The notes: generated by a model from the letters alone, not told the origin. A stretch of DNA of 21,268 nt from Simkaniaceae bacterium (GCA_050248615.1 JBFWSA010000034.1:1-21268), one strand, 5' to 3'. Shown: positions 1 through 8,476, counted from the first letter of the stretch. A program made the numbers and translations.

Positions 1-1
1 A

Positions 2-220
2 GGCTATACCGAGCTTATGGAAACCACTACCAATTGCCAACATGCCAATGAACGCCAAGCACTCTTAAGACAAAGCGAACAGATCATCATGAATGATATG
101 CCTGTGATCCCTATTTTTCATTTTACAATGCTTTACATCCAAGATGACACTTTAAAAGATGTTGTTCTCACGACAATGGGGAATATCGACTTCAAATATG
201 CTCATATAGAAAAGGAGTAA
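2..220 (+). CDS. oppA: Peptide ABC transporter substrate-binding protein (OppA family), C-terminal fragment, 5' end outside window
   Basis: Frame is open from the window edge (GYTELME...). The tail 'R..LL...E.II..DMPVIPIFH...IDFKYA' is typical of OppA/DppA C-termini. Confidence 0.8.
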   Translation, partial: GYTELMETTTNCQHANERQALLRQSEQIIMNDMPVIPIFHFTMLYIQDDTLKDVVLTTMGNIDFKYAHIEKE

Positions 221-222
221 TA

Positions 223-666
223 ATGAAGCTTGGGAGCGCACTTTTCTTCCTCTTAGGGGGAAGTGTTTTTGCAGGCTCTGTTCATATCATTAATGACAGC
301 CAGTATGATTTGGTTGCCACTATCCACTCTGCAGACGGCAAAAACAAAGGCTCGGTTGGGGTTGCCCCCAATTCAAGTGGAACCTGGCAAGATAGTGAAG
401 GAGGAGCCTATTCTTGGTCTCAAACTCCTTACCAAGTCACTTTTACTTGTAAAAAATCGGGACAGCAATATGGCATCATCAATGGAGTCACCCAAGCAGC
501 AACCGTGACTGCTTCTATGGCTTCTGGAGCTCGTGTTTGTACCGATCCTAAAAAAAAAGATGATAATTCATCACAGCAAAATCCAAGTTCTTTATCAGGA
601 CAAGATGGGCAGCCCTCATGGGAAAATAGTGAACCTCCTGGGGATCCCAATTGGGGGCCCCCCTAA
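223..666 (+). CDS. Secreted hypothetical protein, paralog of 667..1050
   Basis: AAGGAG RBS upstream. Sec-type signal peptide (MKLGSALFFLLGGSVFA). Beta-rich core with two Cys and a S/Q/P/G-rich tail. Confidence 0.8.
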   Translation: MKLGSALFFLLGGSVFAGSVHIINDSQYDLVATIHSADGKNKGSVGVAPNSSGTWQDSEGGAYSWSQTPYQVTFTCKKSGQQYGIINGVTQAATVTASMASGARVCTDPKKKDDNSSQQNPSSLSGQDGQPSWENSEPPGDPNWGPP

Positions 667-1050
667 ATGATGCGTTTCCTCCTTCCTTTACTTGCTCTAA
701 CCACCACTCTTTTTGCTGTAAAGATCACTGTAACAAATGATAGTTCCTACTCTCTCCATGCAACCATCTATGATAAAGAGGCAAAAGAGCTTGGGGGATT
801 TGAGTTAGGGCCTGGGCACACCCATATTTGGTATGATAGTCTCTATAATGCTAAAGATTATGCAAAAGGGCCTTTTTCAGTCCGCTTTACCTGCCCTGAA
901 GGAGCGGATTATGGTACGGTCTCTCGGATCGCTGAAAATGGCACAGCACGTGCCAAAGCTGCAATAGGACCCAAAAAGTGCGCCGTACAAGAGCAACCCT
1001 CTCCCCATCAAGATTGGAATAGTAATCCACCCCACCACAAATACCAATAA
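667..1050 (+). CDS. Secreted hypothetical protein, paralog of 223..666
   Basis: Starts directly after the upstream stop. Signal peptide ends in LFA. Shares NDS.Y.L.ATI, W.DS, P..V.FTC, YG and G...C motifs with the upstream ORF. Confidence 0.8.
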   Translation: MMRFLLPLLALTTTLFAVKITVTNDSSYSLHATIYDKEAKELGGFELGPGHTHIWYDSLYNAKDYAKGPFSVRFTCPEGADYGTVSRIAENGTARAKAAIGPKKCAVQEQPSPHQDWNSNPPHHKYQ

Positions 1051-1071
1051 TACACCGCCCAACCGGCTTTA

Positions 1072-1162
1072 TATAGCTAAATTAATTTAAAATTGGGATG
1101 ATTTATTTCGACTTCTTAAAATCTCTCCTAAATCATCCCAATTTTAAATTAATTTAGCTATA
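1072..1162. repeat. 91-bp palindromic element with perfect 34-bp inverted arms (MITE-like; may also terminate both convergent transcripts)
   Basis: 1072-1105 TATAGCTAAATTAATTTAAAATTGGGATGATTTA is the exact reverse complement of 1129-1162. 23-nt loop. TA at both ends. Confidence 0.9.
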
Positions 1163-1173
1163 GTCGATTCAGT

Positions 1174-1719
1174 TTAAAATAGATAAACTTCTGTGAGGGG
1201 GATATCATGGGCCTTCGCAGGAAGGGGAGCCGCAAGATGTTGCTCTTTAAAACCTATTCCATAGAAAGGGCATGTGAGTTTTGAAAGAAAACGGTCATAA
1301 TGTCCTTTCCCGTACCCAATTCTTTGCTTATTGGCATCAAACCCAATGCCTGGAACCAATACGCAATCGATCTGATTAAGGGCGACTAAGGGACACCGAT
1401 CAGGGTGGGGCTCTAATACTTTCCAATGAGTATTCATGACCAGCTCGTGTTCAAAATCTTTGACTGCAAAGGGCAATAGCTCTACAGGACTCACTAAGCG
1501 GGGAAAAAGAAGACGCCCCTCTTTTGCTAGTTTGCTATTAAGGGGCCATAGATTAATTTCTTCCTCCTTATTGGCAAAGGAGAGAATCCAAGAAAAGGTC
1601 TGCAACTGGGGATAGAGCACTTGAAGAACTTGATGCTGCGCTTCAAGACGCCTCTCTTCAGAAAGCATACGGCGCACGTGCAACATCTTTTTTCTAATTT
1701 CTTCTTTAGATCGTGTCAT
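1174..1719 (-). CDS. ygfA: 5-formyltetrahydrofolate cyclo-ligase
   Basis: N-terminal K..IR..M...R, E.EI, and the signature IDCVLVPGIGFD...RIGYGKGHYDRFL with C-terminal HDIP. Confidence 0.95.
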   Translation of the reverse strand: MTRSKEEIRKKMLHVRRMLSEERRLEAQHQVLQVLYPQLQTFSWILSFANKEEEINLWPLNSKLAKEGRLLFPRLVSPVELLPFAVKDFEHELVMNTHWKVLEPHPDRCPLVALNQIDCVLVPGIGFDANKQRIGYGKGHYDRFLSKLTCPFYGIGFKEQHLAAPLPAKAHDIPLTEVYLF

Positions 1720-1734
1720 TCCAAAAAGACCCTC

Positions 1735-3009
1735 TCAATCAACGGGAATCCCCTTTTTATAGGAAACTCTTTTGATGAAAAACCCATCAGGGTCATAAAG
1801 AGTGGCAGTTCCTTCTCCTTGATCAACAGTTGAAACAGGAGTCGGATCCCCTTTCTTCATGTAGGTTCCTCGATAGAGCTGATCGTTTTCATACTCTTCA
1901 ACCATCATGAGAGAGCCGTCCCGATACCAACAGGAAGAGACCCCATGTTTTTGGTTGTCATAAAGTTCACGCTCGCTTTCTAAAGCACCATTCTCATACC
2001 AAGTACGCATCATTCCTTGAGCCACGTCCTCACTCCACTGAATGTAAAGCTTAGGCTGAGGAGTGAGATCATCAAATGCAGTGTAGTAAACCCATTCTTC
2101 TCCATGCTTCATCCCCTCTTTTATATGAAAGAGATTGTGAAGGCGTCCTCTTGCATCAAATCGTTGGACTTCACCTTGAGGAATTCCTTTCTGATATTCT
2201 TGAATGCTTTGCAATTTTCCCTCTTGAAAAAGGGCTTGCTTCCCCTTTCCATTTTCAATGGTCGCAAGGATTTTTCCTGAAAAATCCTGATACGTTGCCT
2301 CCATCAAGAGGTCCTGGTCGTATTCTTCGGAGTAGGGAGGGATATTTCTATCTCCTTTGAAGGTGGCTATCCCCTGTTTCAGGCCGCGCCTATACGGTGT
2401 TTTCCCAAGGACGCTCCCTTTTTCATCGTAGTAGATAAGATCGCCCTCGATTCTATCATTTTCGTAAGGGATAATCTTACTCACTTTTCCATTGGGATGG
2501 TAATAGAGTGCATTCCCCTGAAGTTTCCCTTTTTCATAGTAGATCTCTGCTAATAAATGTCCCTCGCTATCCCATGCGCGAGAAGGGCCATCAAAAATCC
2601 AACTGAGTTGTGCCTCTTCACTAAGGTCTCCAAGACCTTCAATCACCGTAAGTTCAAGGCGTAAGACACCATTTTCATGCCATTCACGATAATACCCACG
2701 GGCACGCCCATTGACCACTTCTAAGTATTGCCAAAGCTCTCCATTAGAATGGTACGTTGTCATTTTGGAAGGGGTTTTTCCTTGAGTATTACGTGTATAA
2801 ACACGCATTACTTTCTCGTAAGGTTGGGGGGCAAAAAAATCGGTGTGTTCATAGTAACGGAGACGCTCAGGTGCACTGATGGTTTCTTTAAAACCGTTAC
2901 GATCGACAATTTGGATACTGCTTAATCTATTTTCCTCTTCTCCTTGTCGATTTCCACATCCTGTCAGAAGGATGAGAATAAGCATTAAGCAGATGCTTAA
3001 ATATTTCAT
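1735..3009 (-). CDS. MORN-variant/YwqK-like repeat lipoprotein (C. trachomatis CT648-like)
   Basis: Lipobox LTGC. Many G...YY..NG.L...Y..G..(H/Q)G repeats. Position next to ygfA matches my recollection of chlamydial gene order. Confidence 0.8.
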   Translation of the reverse strand: MKYLSICLMLILILLTGCGNRQGEEENRLSSIQIVDRNGFKETISAPERLRYYEHTDFFAPQPYEKVMRVYTRNTQGKTPSKMTTYHSNGELWQYLEVVNGRARGYYREWHENGVLRLELTVIEGLGDLSEEAQLSWIFDGPSRAWDSEGHLLAEIYYEKGKLQGNALYYHPNGKVSKIIPYENDRIEGDLIYYDEKGSVLGKTPYRRGLKQGIATFKGDRNIPPYSEEYDQDLLMEATYQDFSGKILATIENGKGKQALFQEGKLQSIQEYQKGIPQGEVQRFDARGRLHNLFHIKEGMKHGEEWVYYTAFDDLTPQPKLYIQWSEDVAQGMMRTWYENGALESERELYDNQKHGVSSCWYRDGSLMMVEEYENDQLYRGTYMKKGDPTPVSTVDQGEGTATLYDPDGFFIKRVSYKKGIPVD

Positions 3010-3665
3010 TTGAGGACCTCTCTCTTTATCAAGTGCATTTCTAGTAAAAACGTTTCCCTTTCTGCAAGTTTTTTCTTGCGCAGAAGGAGGCGTCGCATGA
3101 TGAATTGTGGTGCCATCCCAGGGGGTTCAAACTCTCCCACTGGGACACCTTCAATGAGCGAAAGTAAATTTCTCAGGTCTTGGGTATTGATTTCAATGGG
3201 ATGTTTTTGTTTGAGATCGAGTTCTTCAATGTGATTTTTAGACCGGCGATTTTCCTCGGAAAAAAACAACCGGTTATCCCCCTTGGTGAGGAAGTCTAAC
3301 CGTTTTTTCACGTTATCACATGTTTCAAAGGCAGGATGGCCATAAACAAGTGTGAGTGCTTCCACTTCAGGTTTTAAGAAAGTTGCAACTTCTAAAACAT
3401 GATCTAAATAATAACGGTCTGCGTCTGCATACCGTTTATAAAAGGTATTGCGATCCTTTTGTATTTCAAGGGTACGTTCCATGCGGAGCCTCATGCGAGC
3501 TATTTGCTCAGAGAGTTCTTGATAAGATGCGTTTTTTTCTTTAACGAAAAAAATGCATAACAAAAAAGGGACCAAAGAGAGGAGATAAAAAGCAAAGATC
3601 ACTTTCTTACTTTGTATCATCTGTTTGGGATGAAACTCAAACTTGAAGGAAAAAGGCAATTTCAT
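3006..3665 (-). CDS. Bitopic membrane protein with coiled coil (CT647-like; possibly GspM/PilO-like)
   Basis: Single N-terminal TM (IFAFYLLSLVPFLLCIFFV) followed by a helical segment. Overlaps both neighbours, consistent with an operon. Confidence 0.65.
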   Translation of the reverse strand: MKLPFSFKFEFHPKQMIQSKKVIFAFYLLSLVPFLLCIFFVKEKNASYQELSEQIARMRLRMERTLEIQKDRNTFYKRYADADRYYLDHVLEVATFLKPEVEALTLVYGHPAFETCDNVKKRLDFLTKGDNRLFFSEENRRSKNHIEELDLKQKHPIEINTQDLRNLLSLIEGVPVGEFEPPGMAPQFIMRRLLLRKKKLAERETFLLEMHLIKREVLK

Positions 3666-5109
3666 ATTCGCTTCCCTTTCGATTCCATTCTATTTCCGCA
3701 TCACTCTTGATCAAATCCCCTCCTTCTACAATCGCATCATGAAAGTCTCGTGCTTTTTTCGCTTCTTCTGTCGTAAATAAAATCTTTACTTTTGGCTTAT
3801 AAACCCCATCAGGACGATCGAGTGTCGGATAGGATTTGAGTTCATACTCAATCCGCAATAACTCTATCCCCTCTAATTTCGGATGGGTTGAAATAAAGGT
3901 CAGGAAATCACTGACTAGAGGGGGGGGAGAAAAATACCCATCACGATTTTTTGGCAAACGGAGCTCCCGATCCATAAACTCCATTTTTTCATGAGCTCCC
4001 TGAACAAGCCTCACCCCTTTTAATGCAGGCATTTCCCCTTCATATTCCATTGCTAAACTTTCCATTTCATGGGAGAGTTCCTGATTTTTTTTCTGAAAAT
4101 ACATAGAGGAACAAAAGGCTGTTAACGCAAAGAGTATTCCTGCTAAAACACCCCCTTTTATCAGCCCTGTTTTGATCTTTTTTAAACGGGGTTCGGAAAT
4201 ATATTCCCCTTGGCGCAATTGAATGCTTTTTTGATCATTTTTCAAAGCATCTAAACAAAGACCTATTGAAATGGCATAAGAACGCAAAACCTCGGCATCA
4301 AAACCGCGATAACCTTGAATTTCGAGAGGAGAAAATCTAAACGCTCCCTCTTCCAATAGAGCACGCTCGATTTGAGAGGCCATCTCCCCACAAAAAAGGA
4401 CAGGATGGATGCTTTCTTCCTCTTCCTTTTGGGCCAAAAAACAAAAGGCTCGATCCACTTCTCGACGCAATCGACTTAAAAGCTCAAAAAGATGAGGGGA
4501 GCTCTTTTCTTTAACATGCGTCAGTTCAAAACAATTATCTTGAGTACAGGCAGTGTGAAAATCTTGGGCTCCCATAGGGAGGGTTAGATGACTTTCAATC
4601 ATCCCCATTTTTACTGAAATGATTTGCGTCCTGATCTTCCCTACGTGGAAAATCACTAGAGAGGGAGCATCGGGACAGGTAAACTCCCCAAAGCGCAAGA
4701 GTGCCATTGGGACAACTGAGACCCATTCGGGATCCACTCCTCTCTCTTGGTAGGTATGAAGAAATTTTTCAAAAAATTTCTTAGGAACCGTAAAAAAAGT
4801 CCCTAGAGTTTCCTCTTTTTCTCGCATGTAAATCGGCTTGACAATGACCTCATCTAAGGAGTAAGGGATGAGGGCTTCGAGTTGAAAGGGAAGGGTCTTA
4901 TGCAGAGCTTGTTTTTTTCTTAAAGGGGATCTTAACTGACGAATCAAGAGATCGTGCCCATCGACCCCAGCGACAACTAGCATCTCTTTACTAATAGAGA
5001 GGGGCCCTTCTCTTCTTTCGAGAAACTCCAGGATCACCTGTCCTTTCTGCTCACTTAAACAAGCAACTTGAAATTCTAGCTCTTCTTTATGGAGACCAAC
5101 AACTTGCAT
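3637..5109 (-). CDS. Membrane protein with PilM/GspL-like cytoplasmic domain, TM and periplasmic domain (CT646-like)
   Basis: Motifs 'LPFQLEALIPYSLDEV', 'VIFHVG...T.I', 'VLFCGE' and 'YAISIGL.L......I.LR' resemble PilM/GspL actin-like domains. One TM near residue 320-335. Confidence 0.6.
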   Translation of the reverse strand: MQVVGLHKEELEFQVACLSEQKGQVILEFLERREGPLSISKEMLVVAGVDGHDLLIRQLRSPLRKKQALHKTLPFQLEALIPYSLDEVIVKPIYMREKEETLGTFFTVPKKFFEKFLHTYQERGVDPEWVSVVPMALLRFGEFTCPDAPSLVIFHVGKIRTQIISVKMGMIESHLTLPMGAQDFHTACTQDNCFELTHVKEKSSPHLFELLSRLRREVDRAFCFLAQKEEEESIHPVLFCGEMASQIERALLEEGAFRFSPLEIQGYRGFDAEVLRSYAISIGLCLDALKNDQKSIQLRQGEYISEPRLKKIKTGLIKGGVLAGILFALTAFCSSMYFQKKNQELSHEMESLAMEYEGEMPALKGVRLVQGAHEKMEFMDRELRLPKNRDGYFSPPPLVSDFLTFISTHPKLEGIELLRIEYELKSYPTLDRPDGVYKPKVKILFTTEEAKKARDFHDAIVEGGDLIKSDAEIEWNRKGSEYEIAFFLQV

Positions 5110-5231
5110 ACCCTACTTCCGTAAAAGTGTAAGAGTATAGACAAATCGAAAGAAAAATTAAACCCCGGTGTTAAACCCATTATACTCAAAGAATTTTTTG
5201 TTAAGGACCACTGGAAGTTTTTCCTAAAGTT

Positions 5232-5240
5232 TGTTATCCT
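5232..5240 (+). promoter_or_regulatory. Putative extended -10 promoter (TGnTATCCT) for yggT-dusB-acyP
   Basis: TGTTATCCT ends 7 nt before the yggT ATG. No SD between them. Confidence 0.4.
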
Positions 5241-5247
5241 TTGCTCT

Positions 5248-5505
5248 ATGATTTACCTTGTTTATATCATTCGTTTAGTCTTCACGGTCTATTCTCTTCT
5301 GATTGTGATTCGTATCTTCGGGTCTTGGTTCCCTAACCTGCAGCACTCAAGGTTTATGCATTTCATCGCCCATTATACTGATCCTTATCTGAATATTTTC
5401 CGTCGGTTTATTCCCCCTATTGGAGGGGTCTTAGATCTAAGCCCACTCATTGGTTTTTTCGTTCTGCAACTCGCGCAAAAGCTTTTACTCATGCTGATCC
5501 TATGA
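5248..5505 (+). CDS. yggT: YggT family membrane protein
   Basis: Signature 'Y..LI..R...SWFP......TDPYL..FRR.IPP.GG.LDLSP'. Confidence 0.93.
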   Translation: MIYLVYIIRLVFTVYSLLIVIRIFGSWFPNLQHSRFMHFIAHYTDPYLNIFRRFIPPIGGVLDLSPLIGFFVLQLAQKLLLMLIL

Positions 5506-6506
5506 ACCGTTTCGTTAAACCTCTTCAACTGGGAAAGCTTTCCCTCCCCTCGAATATTTTTTATTCCCCCCTTGCAGGATGTTCGGATTATCCTTTTCGC
5601 CAGATGGCTGCTCGTTACAGGCCAGGCCTCATGTTTTGCGAAATGGTCAAGATGGATGCCCTTATCCGCCATGAACCCTCGACCTATCACTTGCTAGATT
5701 ATGACCCCTCTATGCGCCCTATTGGAGGACAAATTTGTGGAAGTAAACCCAAAATGGCAGCTCCCTGCGCCCGGATTATTGAAGAGCTTGGATTTGATGT
5801 GGTCGATCTCAACTGTGGATGCCCAGTCGATAAGGTAACGAAAGACGGAAGTGGCTCTGGAATGCTCAAAAATCCCGAGCTCATCGGAGAAGTGATCTCT
5901 AATATGGTGGCTGCTGTTTCGATTCCCGTTACAGTCAAGATCCGCGCTGGATGGGATGATACCTCTATTAATGCTCCCGAAATCACAAAGATAGCGGAAG
6001 CGGCGGGAGCCAAAGCGATCTCCATCCACGGAAGAACGCGGCAGCAAAAATACACTGGAAAAGCGAATTGGGATCATATTCGAAAATGTAAGGAAGCTGC
6101 TTCTTCCATTTACGTCATTGGAAATGGAGATGTGTTCGACCCTGAGGCTGCACACGACCTTTTTACCCAATCTGGATGTGATGGAATCTTAGTTTCTAGA
6201 GGAACATTTGGAAAACCTTGGATCGTAGAGGATATCAGACAGTTTGATCGGGGAATGCCTCTAGAGACTCCCGATGTGCGCGCCCATCTTTTAGAGCATA
6301 TGGAGTATATCTCTGCCTACCAAACAGATCGGAAAGCCTTACTTGATATGCGACGCGTAGGGTGTTGGTATTTACGGAGTGGTCAAGGGACAAAAAAATT
6401 GCGTGAATCTCTCAATCATGCAAAAGATATCCAAGAAGTAAAAACTTTGATTTTAGACTATGACTGGACAAACACCACCTTCAACAGAAACGCTCCTGAT
6501 TGTTAA
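5502..6506 (+). CDS. dusB: tRNA-dihydrouridine synthase DusB family
   Basis: PLAG.SD..FR, DLNCGCP, GSGSG, TVKIR.GWD, HGRT and GNGD motifs. Confidence 0.93.
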   Translation: MNRFVKPLQLGKLSLPSNIFYSPLAGCSDYPFRQMAARYRPGLMFCEMVKMDALIRHEPSTYHLLDYDPSMRPIGGQICGSKPKMAAPCARIIEELGFDVVDLNCGCPVDKVTKDGSGSGMLKNPELIGEVISNMVAAVSIPVTVKIRAGWDDTSINAPEITKIAEAAGAKAISIHGRTRQQKYTGKANWDHIRKCKEAASSIYVIGNGDVFDPEAAHDLFTQSGCDGILVSRGTFGKPWIVEDIRQFDRGMPLETPDVRAHLLEHMEYISAYQTDRKALLDMRRVGCWYLRSGQGTKKLRESLNHAKDIQEVKTLILDYDWTNTTFNRNAPDC

Positions 6507-6747
6507 AGGGACCGTTCAGGGTGTTTTTTTTCGCGCCACCACAAAGCGTCTTGCAGATCGCTTGGGAATTCGGGGATATGTACGTAACTTATCGGATGGA
6601 AGCGTTGAGATTTGCATCACAAGCGGGAACGTTGATTCTCTCATCGCAGCGTTAAAAAAAGAGCCCCCTCCTATTCATATTGAATCGGTGAGCAAAACCT
6701 CTCACATCCGCAAACAAGAATTTTCCTCTTTTCAGATCAAGCATTGA
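6460..6747 (+). CDS. acyP: Acylphosphatase
   Basis: V.G.VQGVFFR and G.VRN..DGSVE signatures. Overlaps the dusB 3' end by 47 nt. Confidence 0.92.
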   Translation: MTGQTPPSTETLLIVKGTVQGVFFRATTKRLADRLGIRGYVRNLSDGSVEICITSGNVDSLIAALKKEPPPIHIESVSKTSHIRKQEFSSFQIKH

Positions 6748-6780
6748 ATTTTTAAATAATTTTAGCTATATAACCCGAAT

Positions 6781-7022
6781 ATGAAGCTATTCAAAACATG
6801 CCTAATTCTTCTATTAAGCTTCCTTCTCACCGGTTGTGAAAAGGGAGAAGATCCAGCTTTTTGTAAAGAGGCAACGACGAAAAGCTTTAGCCCCCCAAAG
6901 ATCAAATGCATGCGATTGTGATCCAACTCACAGCTTATCATACGGAAGATGGGAAAAAGATAATTGATGGACGGTCACAAAGCCGCCCCTATCTGATCGC
7001 TTTAGATGCAAGCATTCAGTAG
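6781..7022 (+). CDS. Small lipoprotein, apparently frameshifted (46 aa in frame to 6921; 80 aa if a -1 shift occurs at 6894-6900)
   Basis: Not in the ORF track. MKLFKTCLILLLSFLLTGC is a clear signal peptide with lipobox. The -1 frame is open from 6891 to TAG at 7020-7022. Confidence 0.6.
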
Positions 7023-8239
7023 GCTTGCACAAACAACCGCTGATACTCTGCTAAGGTGTCTATTTGAACTTGAGCGATAGGATTAAAGTAGGGAAGGAGT
7101 TGCTCAGCTTTAAAATTATCGATGTTTTTCGAATAGATCTCTAGTAGCTCTCGCTCTCTTCGAATCTGTTCATCAAAGGGACGAGAGATGGTGTTTTTCT
7201 CTTGGTTGAAATTGATTTCTAGCAAGCGGAGCGCATCTTTATATTCTTGCTCGATAAACTTACGATAGGCGGCAATATCCCCTTCTTGTGGTTGGTTTCT
7301 TAGCGCTTCTAATCGTTGTCTATCTAAACGCTCTTTTTGCAAATTAAACCGCTCCTGACATGGTTGCAACGCCTCTTTTTTCTCTTTTTCAATTTGTGCA
7401 ATGCGTCCTTCAATTTCTCTGCGCATGGCTGCTTGTTGTTCACGCGCTGCACCCATAATGCGTTGGATATCTCCCACAACTTGATTATAGGCATTCAGGT
7501 AAGCGCTTAAATACTGAAAATGTTGCGCTGAAAATTGGGCCACTTTTAGAGCCTCTGGGCTTAAAGGCCCTTTAGAAATCGAGGCTTCAATTAAGCGTAC
7601 TCTATCCTGATGAGTGACAGCTTCTCTTAAACGACTCACAAATTGGCAAAAATATTCGTAATGGAGACCGAGTAACTCTAATTGATTTAACACAACGGTG
7701 TAGGGTTTGGGAACGCCATTGGATAAAGCAACGAGAAAGCCACGATCAAATACCTCTTTTCTCTCTGCTGCAATTGCTGTAGGAAGATCTATTTGCCATT
7801 GATTGATCTGTTCTGAAGCTTGGCCTGCCCGTTTAAAACCCATCACAGAAACGAAAATAGAGACTGCTAAACTTGCGACTCCAATAATGGGAGCTCCAAA
7901 CATTGCTAAAGCGGCTGAACCCATCGCTCCAGCTAATCCTGTTGCGCCGACACAATACATCTCAAAACGTCGCGACTCCCAGAATTCGATTCTACTTTGG
8001 CGGGTTTGCTTGGATACATCGATGACATTTACAGCATTATCAATGATGAATTGGGAGCGATCTTCTCGAATGATCTCAACAATGCGCTCATTTAAAGCTT
8101 TTGAAACTTCCTTGCGAGAATCGCTATAGGAAGGACCACTTTCTAAAAGAGAAACCTGTGCTTCTTCCTTTCTTCCAAAGTCTACCGTTTCAAAACTATC
8201 CCCAGAAGGCCCTTCTAAAACAAAGTCAACTGCTGACAT
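7016..8239 (-). CDS. Inc-like protein (bilobed hydrophobic domain plus long coiled coil), candidate type III secreted inclusion-membrane effector
   Basis: GGAG RBS and no Sec signal. ~40-aa hydrophobic hairpin (MYCVGATGLAGAMGSAALAMFGAPIIGVASLAVSIFVSVMGF). E/Q/R-rich helical C-terminus. Confidence 0.6.
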   Translation of the reverse strand: MSAVDFVLEGPSGDSFETVDFGRKEEAQVSLLESGPSYSDSRKEVSKALNERIVEIIREDRSQFIIDNAVNVIDVSKQTRQSRIEFWESRRFEMYCVGATGLAGAMGSAALAMFGAPIIGVASLAVSIFVSVMGFKRAGQASEQINQWQIDLPTAIAAERKEVFDRGFLVALSNGVPKPYTVVLNQLELLGLHYEYFCQFVSRLREAVTHQDRVRLIEASISKGPLSPEALKVAQFSAQHFQYLSAYLNAYNQVVGDIQRIMGAAREQQAAMRREIEGRIAQIEKEKKEALQPCQERFNLQKERLDRQRLEALRNQPQEGDIAAYRKFIEQEYKDALRLLEINFNQEKNTISRPFDEQIRRERELLEIYSKNIDNFKAEQLLPYFNPIAQVQIDTLAEYQRLFVQAY

Positions 8240-8311
8240 AATAATTACTCCAATAAAAATTCGGAATAATTATAGAGGCAAGAAAGATTGCTTTCAACGA
8301 ATTAAATTAAA

Positions 8312-8476
8312 AACCTGCGTTTTGGGTTCTTCTTATTGAGTCTCAGAGTTTTTTCTCTTTCTTTTTGCTTGTTTTCACTTGAAAAGGACCCTTTGGCCCT
8401 TTCCTTCATGAAAACAAACAAAAATCTAATAAAAAAACTCTCAGATTCTCCATAACAAAAACTCAAAACCCAGGTT
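8312..8476. repeat. 165-bp imperfect rod-like palindrome (element D, AACCTG termini)
   Basis: ~80-nt arms pair along their whole length (AACCTGcGTTTTGgGTT / AActCAAAACcCAGGTT; AGAGTTTTTT / AAAAAACTCT; TTTTTGcTTGTTTTCA / TGAAAACAAaCAAAAA). 4-nt apex. Right end overlaps the porin stop codon. Confidence 0.85.

Noticed and set aside
1735..3009. YwqK antitoxin of a toxin-antitoxin pair
   Set aside because: Similarity is only through generic MORN-variant repeats. The gene is a lipoprotein in a conserved operon with no toxin partner.
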